This document shows positions 1 through 12,500 of a stretch of 64,000 bases of DNA, one piece after another. A program made the translations under genes and the position numbers. The DNA comes from Nymphaea colorata. Taxonomy: Eukaryota. Within the stretch, counting starts at the first letter, position 1. Each line of letters begins with the position of its first letter. The DNA lies in the NCBI RefSeq assembly GCF_008831285.2, contig NC_045138.2:7812001-7876000 (forward strand), written 5' to 3'. The notes under the pieces are model-generated. The model worked only from the letters and a program-made list of their open reading frames with translations. It had not been told where the DNA came from and did not search any database.

Positions 1-2600
1 CAAAACAGAAGATTTTTCAGGGCCCAAGAGTCACTGATGAAGAAGATAGAGCCCTTATGCTTCTTGTGCAACCACAAGAGGTGTGGAAAGCCCTTTTTAA
101 TATGGCCAATGGAAAAGCTCCAAGCCCGGATGGATTTGGAGCATATTTTTATAAAAATTATACTGCACATATTGGGTTGGGATATCTCCAAAGCAGTTAT
201 GGATTGTTTTTATGTCGGGTAAATTGATGCAAAAGGTGAATAGAAGGCTTATATCTCTTATTCCAAAATTTCAAGGAGCTGTGAATATAAAGGACTATCG
301 CCCAATACCCTTTGTAATGTCATTTATAAGGTCATTACTAAGATAATGGTTATGCGAATGAAGTGTATCTTGATGAAGCTTATTGGTGAGGAACTGTGCT
401 TTTGTTCTGGTAAGAGTCATTCAAAGCCAAGTGTTACTAGTTCTAATTCATGATTTAATGAATAGCATGAAAAATCAAAGGCAAAACAATGATGAAATTA
501 GACATTACCAAAGCGTATGATAAAGTCGAATGGAGCTTTTTGGAACATGCTCTTGAATCTAAGCTTTTTGTAGGCATTGAATTGATACAATAATGAGGTG
601 TGCAACTTCTCCTTCGTTTGCAGCCCTTGTCAATGGAAAAGAGGTGAATTCTTTGAATGTCAAAGTGGAATTCAACAATTAGGGAGATAAATTAGGTAGA
701 TCATATTTCCCTTTTGGGTTCTTGTTTGTCAATGAATTGTTCTCAAAAAGATTGAAATTTGAAGCTCAAAGAAGAAGGATTTATGTCCCTCGTGTTTTTG
801 TTGATGATGTGATAATTTATTCAAGGGCTAAGAAATTTTTTTTGGAATGTATTAAATCCATAGAAATCAATATTTGTCCCCTTTCATATAGCACATGAAG
901 AGTGTAATGACATAGCAGCTCTTATGGGTTGTAATGTCTTGAAGCTCCCACTTACATGAGACTTCCCCTCTTTACAGGGAAATTAAAAGTCAAATACTGC
1001 TAAAGGGCTAAAAGATAAGGTCGTAAAGATCAATGTTGATTAAATATATTTTGCACCAAATAGTGGGTTATTGGATGATGAGCTTTAAGCTTTCAAACCC
1101 AGTAATTTCTTACATTGAAAAAGAAGGTTGTTAAGTTCTTTTGGGCAGAGGAAAAAAAGCATAGAAGATTTCGTCTGTTGAGTTAGTCCCAGCTTTGCCT
1201 TCTTGTGGAAGAGGGGGGATTAGACTTAAAAACTTAACATCTAGAGTCATGAATGGATCTTGCATGATCTACTTGGATATTCGGGTTTTACTTTCAAATT
1301 CTGTTTGGGCCAAATTTATGAAATAGAATTATCTTTCTCGTGGTGGTATTTGGACTTGTAAACATAGTCCAAGAATGTCATGCGGATGGAGTGGCATTTT
1401 ATGGGGATGGGAGGAAGTGAAACATTTGATACATTGGAAGATTGGTAATGATAGAAGAGTTAAATTGTCGGTAGACAATTGGGGTGGCAAATTTGGTCTT
1501 TTTTGTTAATAATTATAACCATGATTTACTTCATAGATACTTTGGTCAGACGATGCATATAGCTATTAAGGAATTCATAATTAATCATGTAGTGTTTAAA
1601 GCATCCCAATGAGTCACCGATGTGGCCAGACATATCAATCTGAATGAAGAGGAAGATAAGTTGTGGTGGGGCAATGAGGAGGTTGCATCTTTGAGTAGGA
1701 GATATATCTATGAGATGGTGAGGGTTAAGGGCATTTTCTTGGAGAATTGCAAAATGGAGTAATGTTGTTGTGTCACATGCCTCATGGAATCTTTCTTTTT
1801 TCTTTTTAGCTTGGAAGGTCACCTACTAAGCTTACATAGATTGACCACATGGGTATAAGATTGGTGAACAGATTTTGTATTCGTGAGCATGAAGAAGTGC
1901 CAATTTCGCACCGTTTTGTACAATGTAAAGCTGCGAAAAGGCTATGGTGTTTTTGGGGAAGCAAATTCAATGTTAGTCAGATGGCATCTGATTTAAAAGA
2001 TGCAATGACTTTGCAGTGGTCGAGAACTTTTAAGGGTGGTTGGATGAAAAGAAGCTGGAGACTGAATTTTTTTTTATGGTTATATGGAAATTTTGGAAAG
2101 CTAGGAACGAGTGTTACCATAATAACAAGGGCTGTAACACAAAGGAATTATAATTCTCTCTTTGGAGTTACATTGGTATAATCCTGAATGCTCCACGGGC
2201 AGAAAAGTTTAGAAAGGAGGTACTTGTGTGGTTTAATACAAGAATTCGACCAGATCGAAGGCCATCTTTTGATGGAATGGATGTTGCCTTGCAAACTATT
2301 TGCATTGAACAAAAATTTATGTGGAAGATTGGATTTGTTATGAAGAAGAAGAATGGCCTAAGTCTCACGCCAGAGATCACTGTTTGTTTTTAATCAGAAA
2401 TGGTCCCTGTATGGAGTTCTTGAGGGATTTTCTATGCAATATTAGTCAAAATAAATATGCTTATGGTGGCTGGCCCTGCCAAATGGCATGCTGGTTTACA
2501 GAAAGTGACCAAAACTTTTGGTTGCAATAAAAGGGATGGGGCTCTAATGTGCTTGTGGTAGTTCCAATTATGCTTTTATGGGGAGAATAAAGTTTCATGA
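1..2600 (+). mobile_element. Degenerate L1-clade LINE (ORF2 RT + zf-RVT remnant), cut by the window start
   Basis: Frameshifted RT motifs: KAPSPDGFGAYFYK (~115-155), DYRPI (~292), KLDITKAYDKVEWSFL (~495-545), FVDDV (~796). zf-RVT-like NRFCIREHEEVPISHRFVQCKAAKRLW in ORF 1849-2181. Many stops; 3' end approximate. Confidence 0.85.
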
Positions 2601-5600
2601 TTGTAATCCTGCTCTTGATGTTCTTAGTTTGTTGAACTCCTATATAGCTGTAAATTCTTCTGTAATCTGGTCATAACAGACTGTGTTAAGCATGGTATGT
2701 TACTCCTTTGAGCCGCAAACTGCAACAACCGCAACACTCAAGTTGAATTATGTATTGTAAGTCCACCAAGATACTAAAGCAAAGTAGAACCTTGGAAACA
2801 TAAGGTTATGGCCTTGAGGGTTTTATGCAAAAGCCAGTTTCCCTAAGTAAGTAATAAAAATAAAATAAACATGACCTTTTACAAGGAGCCACAAAAAGGA
2901 AATATTACACTAAATACAGTTGTTTATGGAGGTAACTAAAACCTAGGATATATATGGTTCAAGTAATTGTAAGTATAACACGCACATGTACTCTCTTTCT
3001 CTCTCAAAATAGTTAAATGTTTTATGAGTAATTATGTTGTTGAACCGTGTAGTTTTTATTTGGCTTCCTGTACAATTTTTATCTAACATATTTAATATAT
3101 ATTAGATTTCAAAATAGATGGTTGCAATGTTGACACCAAGTTGATGTGAACGCATTAATTTTTCTTACTAAAATATATTGCTTTCTGTTGGATTTCTATT
3201 TATACCACAAATTGACCCCAAAAAAAAAAGTGTCTTCTTCCAATTTTTAGCTTTCATAGAGAATTGTGCATGTATTTGTCACCAAAGGATCTCGCCTTCT
3301 TCATGGTTGCATTTATATTGCCTATCCAACTTGCTAAGAAATAATAAAGAATTATGTGTATAGTATTCGAGCTACATTTGTTTTGACAAGAGCTATGGCA
3401 ATGATAAATAACATGCACCTGTTTTTGGTGCTACGTCACAAGAAACTTGATGGGGCTAAAGACAAGCACAATATTACATACAAAATTATTTTAGATGTTA
3501 GTAGTCGACAGTATAGATTTCCCAACATTAATTGATAAGTTTTATTATCCTTTCATATCAAAACAAACGTATTGATGTTAAAACAATAGTACATGAACGG
3601 TTAATATTACCCTATATATTCTAGCCATAAAGTGGAGGTCTGTATGCATGTGTACCACCATGATGTTGATATATATTGTCTTTAATGCTCTCCTAGGATG
3701 GCCTACCAACTTGGCTTGGCCATGTTTTGCTTTTCAATTTCCCAAGAAGAATGATTAGCAAACCACATAGTTTCTTTTCTTCTTCTTCTTTTTTTCTGTT
3801 ATGATCGAAACTAGAAAAACATCTTTACTCGTCAAAAGGAGAAGTATAAGGTGCATCAGCAAAGAAAAATTTTACCACCTTTTTCATATCCACATTAAAA
3901 CCTTTCCCTTTTGTTTTAACGTGGTAAAAAGTTTTTATAACCATTCACTTATTCCATATTAAATTTTATTGTCTAAAGGGGGAAAAAATGGAATGAAAGA
4001 TACTTGTGATTCTTCCTAAATGGTCAAATTCTAACTGGTACCCTCATCTACATAGAACACCATCCCGTCAGCATGATCCCATGTGAAATCCATTGTAAGA
4101 TAGTCTTCTACCATCTTATCCAAGTGTATGCCAATTGTACAGATGCTATCGAAGTATCTTATTTAAATCCCAATCATGTTCAGTTGAATGGGACAAGAAA
4201 TTTCAAATGAAATTAATGATTGAATTCATATTCGGTACAATATTATGTTAGAAATCTACTTAGTGGATATATATATGTGTATGATTTTGTATTACAGACT
4301 GCCAGAATAGATTGACCCATTTAAAAGTAATCAGATAAGAGAGAAATGTACCATGTTCTTTTGTATGGATTAAAATGTGTAAAAAACGGAGATGATCCAT
4401 ATCCAGTTTACTATAGGAAAAACCGTCATTGATGGACATTCATAAGTCTATAAATAAGGTTGTTGTCCCCAAAGCTCTTAAGTTAGGAAAAATTCTTTTG
4501 TGTGATTTCCTCTAATCCTATCTTAGAAGGTTCGTGCTACTCCTTAGAAACCTTTAGAAGATCCATTGTGCAACACTTCCTCTATATTTTCTTCAACGAA
4601 GAGCAAGATTATTTTTATTGTTGTTTTGGCATGTATAAATTATTTTGTTTGTGCCATCTTACTCTACTGAATTCATACTAAATTCAAGTCCTATAACATG
4701 TATAAAATTGAACATATTGTTCATTTGAATGAATCTGGGTCCAAGGAGCACAGTATGCAATATCTATGTAGTTAGCTCAGGTAGCAATTACGACTTATTA
4801 TAATTCAGTTCGTTTACATTGCTCTTATCCTCCACATCCCTAACCACTTGGGTAAAAGGCAGTTGGCATTCCTTTCTATATTTAGCACTTAGCAATTGTT
4901 CTATTGTCTTCCCATTTAGACACAACCAAATTTAAAATTTTGCAAAAACACGAACAACTTTAGTTGGTATGGTGAACATGAATAAATTTAATCTCTTTCA
5001 TTGGACTACTTTTATTGTGTAATTTAAATAGTTAAATGCAGCTTATTTAAACCAGAGTGGTTTTCTATTATCCCCACAAAAAAGTGAGCATGTTTTCGTT
5101 AAGTTTTCCCTTCTTAATGCCCTGTTTATTTCATATCTTTAGCTTTATTGGCAGCTATCCATAGTTCAGAACTAAGTTGGCATTTGCCAATGCCCATATC
5201 TAGTATTTATAAAGGATATACCTGACACAATAATACCTTTCACCTTAAATTTGTGTGCAGATTTTTTGAATGTGGGGCTGGCAATATTAAATAGGAAATC
5301 ACAAAAACAAATGTTGAAATTAAATAGCTTGATAAAGTTTGATGTAATACTTGCTTTCTTGTATTTCGAGAACAATTTTTAACTACGCGTTGCAGTAGGA
5401 GATGTGCAGCTAAAGTATCGAATTATTTGTACCTCGATTACGCTTAAGCTAACTCACCTAGTCAAGTGTGCCAGAAAACCTTTCTCATTCCAACTAAGTT
5501 AAATATTAGTAGATGAATGGTTGATCAAATGCTTCATTGGCTTCTTTTCCAAAGCTACCACTAATAAACTACTTTACAAAGGTAAGTTGATTCTTGACTT

Positions 5601-6523
5601 GAATCTTTTGGAGTGTAGTGGTAAAACCCCTTTTGTACCTCTTCAACATCTGTAACATGTTCAACAACTTTGGCTTGCATTTAAAAAGCTGTTCGGCAGA
5701 GAAGAGAGACTTTAATCAGGCCTGACATATCAAAACTCAATTTGGTTAAACCAATATGAATTCAACCATCTAAGTGTTAGGATCTCTTACATCTCAATTG
5801 CGTCAATGACTTGAAAGTAGTCTCATATTCAAGAATTTTTTAAAAAAATAACTGCGTTATCAAAGCAAATACCTAACTGGGTTGCTGCACGTAAATTCTA
5901 GCTGTACATGAGTAATATAATATGAGAAACAAGAAGATGATAATGGTGATCGATATGTGGGGGAAAGGATGAAGGTCGGTCTGCATTCGCAACGTGTGGA
6001 GATGCTTTTCTACAGGCCGGGGTCAAAGGGTGACCAGCATGGGTGGAATGATTGCGGGCCATGTGATCCATGATCCATCTCCTTCTCTCTCTAGAGTCCC
6101 CTTCTCCCTGTTTCTGAACAGGGCGAGAGAGAGAGATTCCTCTTCTCTTCCTTGCTTCCCTCCATCTCTCCCTGGGCTCCCCAACCCTTCTTGGGCTTCA
6201 TAAAAAGCACCACAACCCAGAACAGAAAAAGGAGCAAAAACAAAAACAATGGCAGAGAAAGAGAATACCACGAGAATCAACGCCCTCTGCTTTTCAACGC
6301 TGCTTTTCCCAAAGGATTAGAGCGAGAGAGAGAGAGGAGCATGTCTCCACCTTTTCCTCGTTCCCCAAGGGAGGGAATGATTGGTGGTCGTCGTTGAGAT
6401 TGGTTGGGGAGGGGAGAGAGAGGGAGAGTGAGAGAGAGAGGGAGGGAGGGAGAAGGAGGGGGAAGGGAAGGAGAAGGAGGCCGGGAGGGAAGGAGGGAGG
6501 GAGAGAGATGAGTGAGAGGGACG

Positions 6524-9500
6524 ATGGAGAGAGAATTCGAGCAGAAGGTCGGGTTGAACACGGGGAGCCGCGACGAGAGCTGTAATGGCGCTACGAGATC
6601 GAGGAACTTCGCGTTCAGGGCGCCTCAGGAGAACTTCACCATCAACGACTTCGAGCTGGGAAAGCTCTATGGCGTCGGCTCGTATTCAAAGGTAGATAAG
6701 GAGAACCCACTTTCTCATTTCCTCTCTTTTTTTTTTATATCCGGTGTTCTTTTCACCTCAGAATGTGTGGAACGCCAAGTTTCTTATTCAGAAATCGGTT
6801 CTTTTCTAATTTTTGTTTAGGGAGTTGTTCTTTTGGGGACTAAAATGGTCGTTTTGCTGCATTTGTGTTGCCTAATCAAGTTTCATTTGATGCATCATGA
6901 AATATTCGCTATTTGCTGAAGATGGTATGGTCTTGTTTTATGGTTCTCCTTCTCCATTCGACGCAAGATTATGGTTATTTTTTTGTTTTCTTCCTTCTGG
7001 TCTCAATGCTTCGTATACCTTTTCTCTCCAAACAAAACTGGATTCTGAGCTTGGGGCCATAGTTTTATAGCTCTAAAAGTTACTGAGAAGGTTATTCAGG
7101 TTACTGGCACGAATGTAAAAAGGAAAGGATAGGATTTAGTATTGCATGATGTGGTGTTTGAAGCTTCAGAAATAAATTTCTTAGGTTAGATTGTATAATA
7201 AGTTCATGACAACCTTAGAATCATTACCTTCAGTAAGCTACTGGACTAGGTTGGTTGATATTTGAAGTTTGGAAACCTCATAATGCACTTTAGTTGATTA
7301 GCACTGAAGAATGGCTTTGCCTGATGAAATCGCTGAGATTGTGGTAATACAAATTGGTGTCTCTTAGGTCTAAAAGAGGTTATTCTGTCTGGACCAAAGG
7401 CTACAGGCCACCTTGTAGAATTTGCATTTTGGGACTTGTAAATGGAATTGAAACTCTTCTTAATGTAGGGCGATTTATGCGTGGTTGGACTGAACGCAAG
7501 TTAGTTTCAGTTCACCCCTTTCTTCTTCATATTTTATTTGCTTCACATGGGCAATGTTTTCAGGCACATCTTTCTCCTTACTCAGTTTGAATCTACAGCA
7601 AACTTCATTCTCGTAAATAAATCAGCTAGTTTCACACGTTTCACAATATTTTACCTGGTATCCACCTATCTATATTGTTGTACTTTTTACCGAAAAAGCT
7701 ATTTAATGATTTGTGGTACATGGAGATCAGATCAGTGTGCACTATTGAAAGTAAGTTATGTAACACATGCATGTATGCTATAATCTACCAGTTTTTACAT
7801 GTTATCTAGTTACATTTTCCTATATATGTACGATAATGCACTATAATTCTGTGCCTTCATGAATGAAGCATATCATGTAGTCAGGTGATCGACACTCTCA
7901 TGAGTGAACAAGAAACATATGGAGCACTTTGGGTAAGTGCATGAGAAAGGGATGTGGAACTATGTAAACATATAGGACGTCAATTAAACCTATGTTACAA
8001 GATGCTAAATTAACAATCAACGGCAAATCAATTTCCTGAAGTAAATGAGCTTAAACAGAAGTTGTTAATTTTGGCAGGTAAAATGACAATGTTGTTGGGC
8101 ATAGTCACTTCCCTTTGTTTGAACTTTGGCCCTAGGCAGTGAAACTAAATGTTATCCCTGGAATCTTAGATATGTGAGCTGAGACTACATCTGTGACATG
8201 TTTATGGGTTCAAGTTGATTAGGACATATTGATCTATTGAGTAAATATGAAGCATATTAGCATCGGTGGTATTTGTAGTGCAAGTGGAAACAGAACCATC
8301 GTTGAATGAATTCTTGGAAGAGGTTAAAAAAGGAAAATAAACTCAATGTTGATTTTGGAGGGCAAAACGACAATATTTTGGGCATAGTCACCTTCCTTTG
8401 TTTGAACTTTGGCCCTATGCAGTGAAACTACATGTTTTCTCTACAATCTTAGATACTAAGTCACATGGGTACTTCAGTAAGGTCCACGTACCCGTGTCGC
8501 CTACCCATACCCAAAATGGGTACTTTGACACTTGGATACCTATAGATCCAAACTGCTTAATTTTACTTTGATTTAATTTTTTTCACCTTACTTTTTATTC
8601 TATTCTTTGGATGTGAAAATTCGATTGATGTTCGTATTTGACTAAGGGGCTGCTTGGTTGTCCATATGTTTAAAGTTTTTCACAGGTTTCTAAAACACAT
8701 TGCTGCAAGAGCCGTTGATATATATTTTCTATGTTATTTATTTGTTTATGTTGATGTATATTCTTTATTTTGATATATATTTTCTAAGTATTTCTTATTG
8801 TTTATATATATATACGGCTGTACCCTTGCACCCGAGTTTTTTGAAAATTGTCAGTACTCGTACCTGCACGGCTGCACCGGTACCCGCACCAGCACCCGTA
8901 CCCGTACCTATGTGACATAGCTTAGATATGAGCTGGGACTATGTCTATTATATCTGCAACATGTTTATGGATTCACGTTGATTAGGACATGGTGATCTGT
9001 CGAGTAAATATGAAACATAACATATTAGCATTGGTGGTCCTTGTGGTACAAGTGGAAACAGAACCATCATTGAAGTAATTTTGTTGAGAGGTTAAAAAAG
9101 AAAAACAAAGTCAGTGTCTTTTCTATCCTGTTTTTGTTTTTTATTGTGGACTTCCTTTCAAATTTTGGTATACTGAACAGAAATGGTGTGCTGGTTTCCA
9201 CTATCCTTTGCTCAATATTCGTAGTCTCCATATCTCTGAACTGCATGTGTTCTTTTATTTCAGGAAGAAAAGTCCTGAAAAGAAACACATTAGTTTGAGG
9301 ATTATGTTCCTGAATTTCTACATTAAAGAAATTACTGATTTGGATTTGTCTCTCCAATTTGTTTATTAAAGCAATTATTGCTCATGGAGCAGACATTAGT
9401 AACTCCAAAATGCAGGTGTGATTGCTGAAAGGATCCTGCTTTTATTTCTTGTTCAGGAAGCGTGCAGCATATGTAGTCAGATGTCTTGTTTAACCATGTG

Positions 9501-12500
9501 CATGTGTGTGTGCACTCTTACATATGAAGCTTTTCTAGGTAGACAGAATTGTGAACATTGTGGAAGAAAGTCATTAACTAGTCAATTTTTTTTTTCCAGT
9601 TTTCAGTCATATGTATGTACCATGGTCACCAATTATCTTTCTCAGTAAGATTTTCCTTGGAAGTTTTCTTCTTAAATGTGGGGTTCCTTTGAAAACTTCA
9701 AAAACTAAACGTCAAGAAAAAAATATGAACAAGAGAAAAAAAACTAAAAGGTTTAGCTCTTCTAAAACTTCCTTTTGCAAAATAATTAGGAACCAATGAT
9801 AAAATCTTTTTAAAAGAGGTCATATTATTTAAGCATGTGTTTCAGAAAATTTCTTAAGAAATTTGCAGTGAATATTATATTATCATGATATTATCAGGAC
9901 ATATAATTTTTTTAGTTGTATTTTCCCAATGGTTGGCTGGCTATGCTGATAATACCAAAACATTTCCAAATTTTTAGAGATAATATGGTAACTGTATATG
10001 TATTCTATTCTATTTGTATGTTTCTGTGCATGTATGTGCTTTTCATTTGACGGAAGTAGCAGGTCATGCTGGGAATCAGAATCTCTCACTTGTTTCAGAA
10101 ATAATCTTACGATTTTCAAATATATTTGAATTTTTTTGCTAATTCCTTGCCAAACCTGCAAAATAAAGTATGCCTGCTAATATAGTCAACCTTTCACACG
10201 TATAAGTCTCATATCATTGATGAATCTTCTGTGAACTACTCCTTGCAAGTGTATATGATCTTCATCATAATAAATGCTTCATGTCATCAGGTGGTCAGAG
10301 CGAGGAAGAAAGACACAGGAAATGTATATGCTCTGAAGATTATGGACAAAAAGTTCATTACCAAGGAAAATAAAATATCATACGTGAAGATGGAACGTGT
10401 TGTTCTGGATCAATTGGATCATCCTGGCATCATAAGGCTGTTTTTTACCTTCCAGGATACATATTCTTTATGTATGTCTTCCCAACTTTATCCTTTGTCA
10501 GGTGTTTTCTTTTCTTTCCTTTTAATTGCCTTTTCGTTATTTGATCAAACCATGGATAAGTATATCACTTTGGTCTTTAATTATCTTATCTGCACTTGGG
10601 TATTAATGTCTGGACTAAAATGGAAAAATGCTAAAACTTTAACCCTACTTGAATGCCATCGAAAACCAGGCTAAAAATTATGGTTTTGTCCTCTTTAAGT
10701 ATTGTGCTATGCTTAAATTGAAATCGGTATGTCCTAATGCTTTATAATCTTCAACAATATCTTATGGATAGGTCTGCAAGCATATTGGATCAACACAGAA
10801 TTTTGATTTCTCCTTTTTTGGATTTCCTTAGTTGAATCCACATCCCATTTTTTATTTGGCTTGTTATGACCCTTATGTACCACTACGTGTAGACATGGCA
10901 CTTGAATCTTGTGATGGAGGTGAGCTTTTCGACCAAATAACGAGGGTAGGTTTTCTTCCTGCCAAGACAAAATTTTGATAGACAATTTACCATACAATAT
11001 CATACTTAAGGATTTTCCCCTATTCTTTTCAAGATCAGAAGGGTCGCCTATCTGAAGATGAAGCACGATATTATGCAGCAGAAGTTATTGATGCTCTGGA
11101 GTACCTACATGATGTAGGATTAGTTCATCGTGACATTAAGGTATTGATCTTGATTGGCATCCTTCTATTCTCTAATAAGAAGATGACTACTAACCATTTT
11201 TTGCTTCTGCCAGCCAGAAAACTTGCTGCTTACTGCAGATGGTCATATAAAAATAGCCGACTTTGGGAGTGTTAAGCCTATGAAAAACTGCCAGATCACA
11301 GTCCTTCCAACAACTTCTGAGAGTAGTAAGGCTTTTCATTAACTATTGGAAAATTAAGTGATTATCTTGTGCTGCAATTTTTATTTAGTTGTTCTCTTAT
11401 GCAGATGAAAAGGCTTGCAGCTTTGTGGGAACAGCTGCATATGTACCCCCGGAAGTCCTGAACTCTTCTCCTGCATCCTTTGGGTAGACATTAAAATATT
11501 GTCATTTTCATTTATAAGTTAAAGCCTAAAGGCTGTTATTTTGCTCTAACCCTGTCCATGTATTCTTGAACAGAAATGATCTCTGGGCACTTGGTTGCAC
11601 CTTATATCAGATGCTTTCAGGGGCGTCTCCCTTTAGAGATGCCAGTGAATGGCTTATTTTTCAAAAGATAATAGCAAGGGACCTCAAGTTTCCAGATTAC
11701 TTCTCATCTGATGCAAGAGAACTTATTGACAAGTTATTGGTGAGTTTGATCTTTCAACTTCATTTTTATTGTAATGTTTCTGGATTTTAACATTACCTTT
11801 CTTAATTCAGTTTCAATATTCCCCTTCTTCTTCACTACAGATGTCATTGCAGGGTACAATTTTTTTATGACATTTGCCTTTAGTTCAATTACCTGCTCTA
11901 ATCTATTAGCTTGACGTGGATAATTTTTCTCTTTTTTGTATTTTTGGTCCATCACATAAACAAGGACATGCCACACTATCTGCTTAGGTTTGCTACCTTT
12001 CGGGTACTGTATTCTCTTCCATGTTGAATGTTTCTGTATTTAATCTGGCATATGCATTATTCATACTGATGTTAGTCCTGATGAACACTTAGTTGATGCT
12101 TAAATATGTATTCAGTTCGTCTAGGTTCAGTAGCCCATAATGTGCCCAAATTTGAAGTTTTTCTTTTTCTTTAATTTTCTTTTCTGCGGGCTGAAACACA
12201 TCTTTACTGCCTCTTACATTCTCAAATTAATTATTCTGATGTAATTGGTGCTGAAGTGTCCTTTATTGCACTTGCTATGATATCCTTTTATAGCAGCTTC
12301 AGTTTAAAGGAAAAATTTTGCAACGGCATAGATAAATCCATATTTTCTTTCATTTATTGCTGTGTGCTCATGTATCTTATATGCAGAATTACATTTGCGG
12401 TTTACAATCAGTTAAAGGATAATAACTACCCATGACCATAAATGCGCTTGGTGGTTGCCGCGTCCACACGTTCAGCATAATCAACATCATGCACTTGATA

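Noticed and set aside
4000..4850. Possible solo LTR (TATA box, LTR-like composition)
   Set aside because: No consistent termini or TSD could be established.
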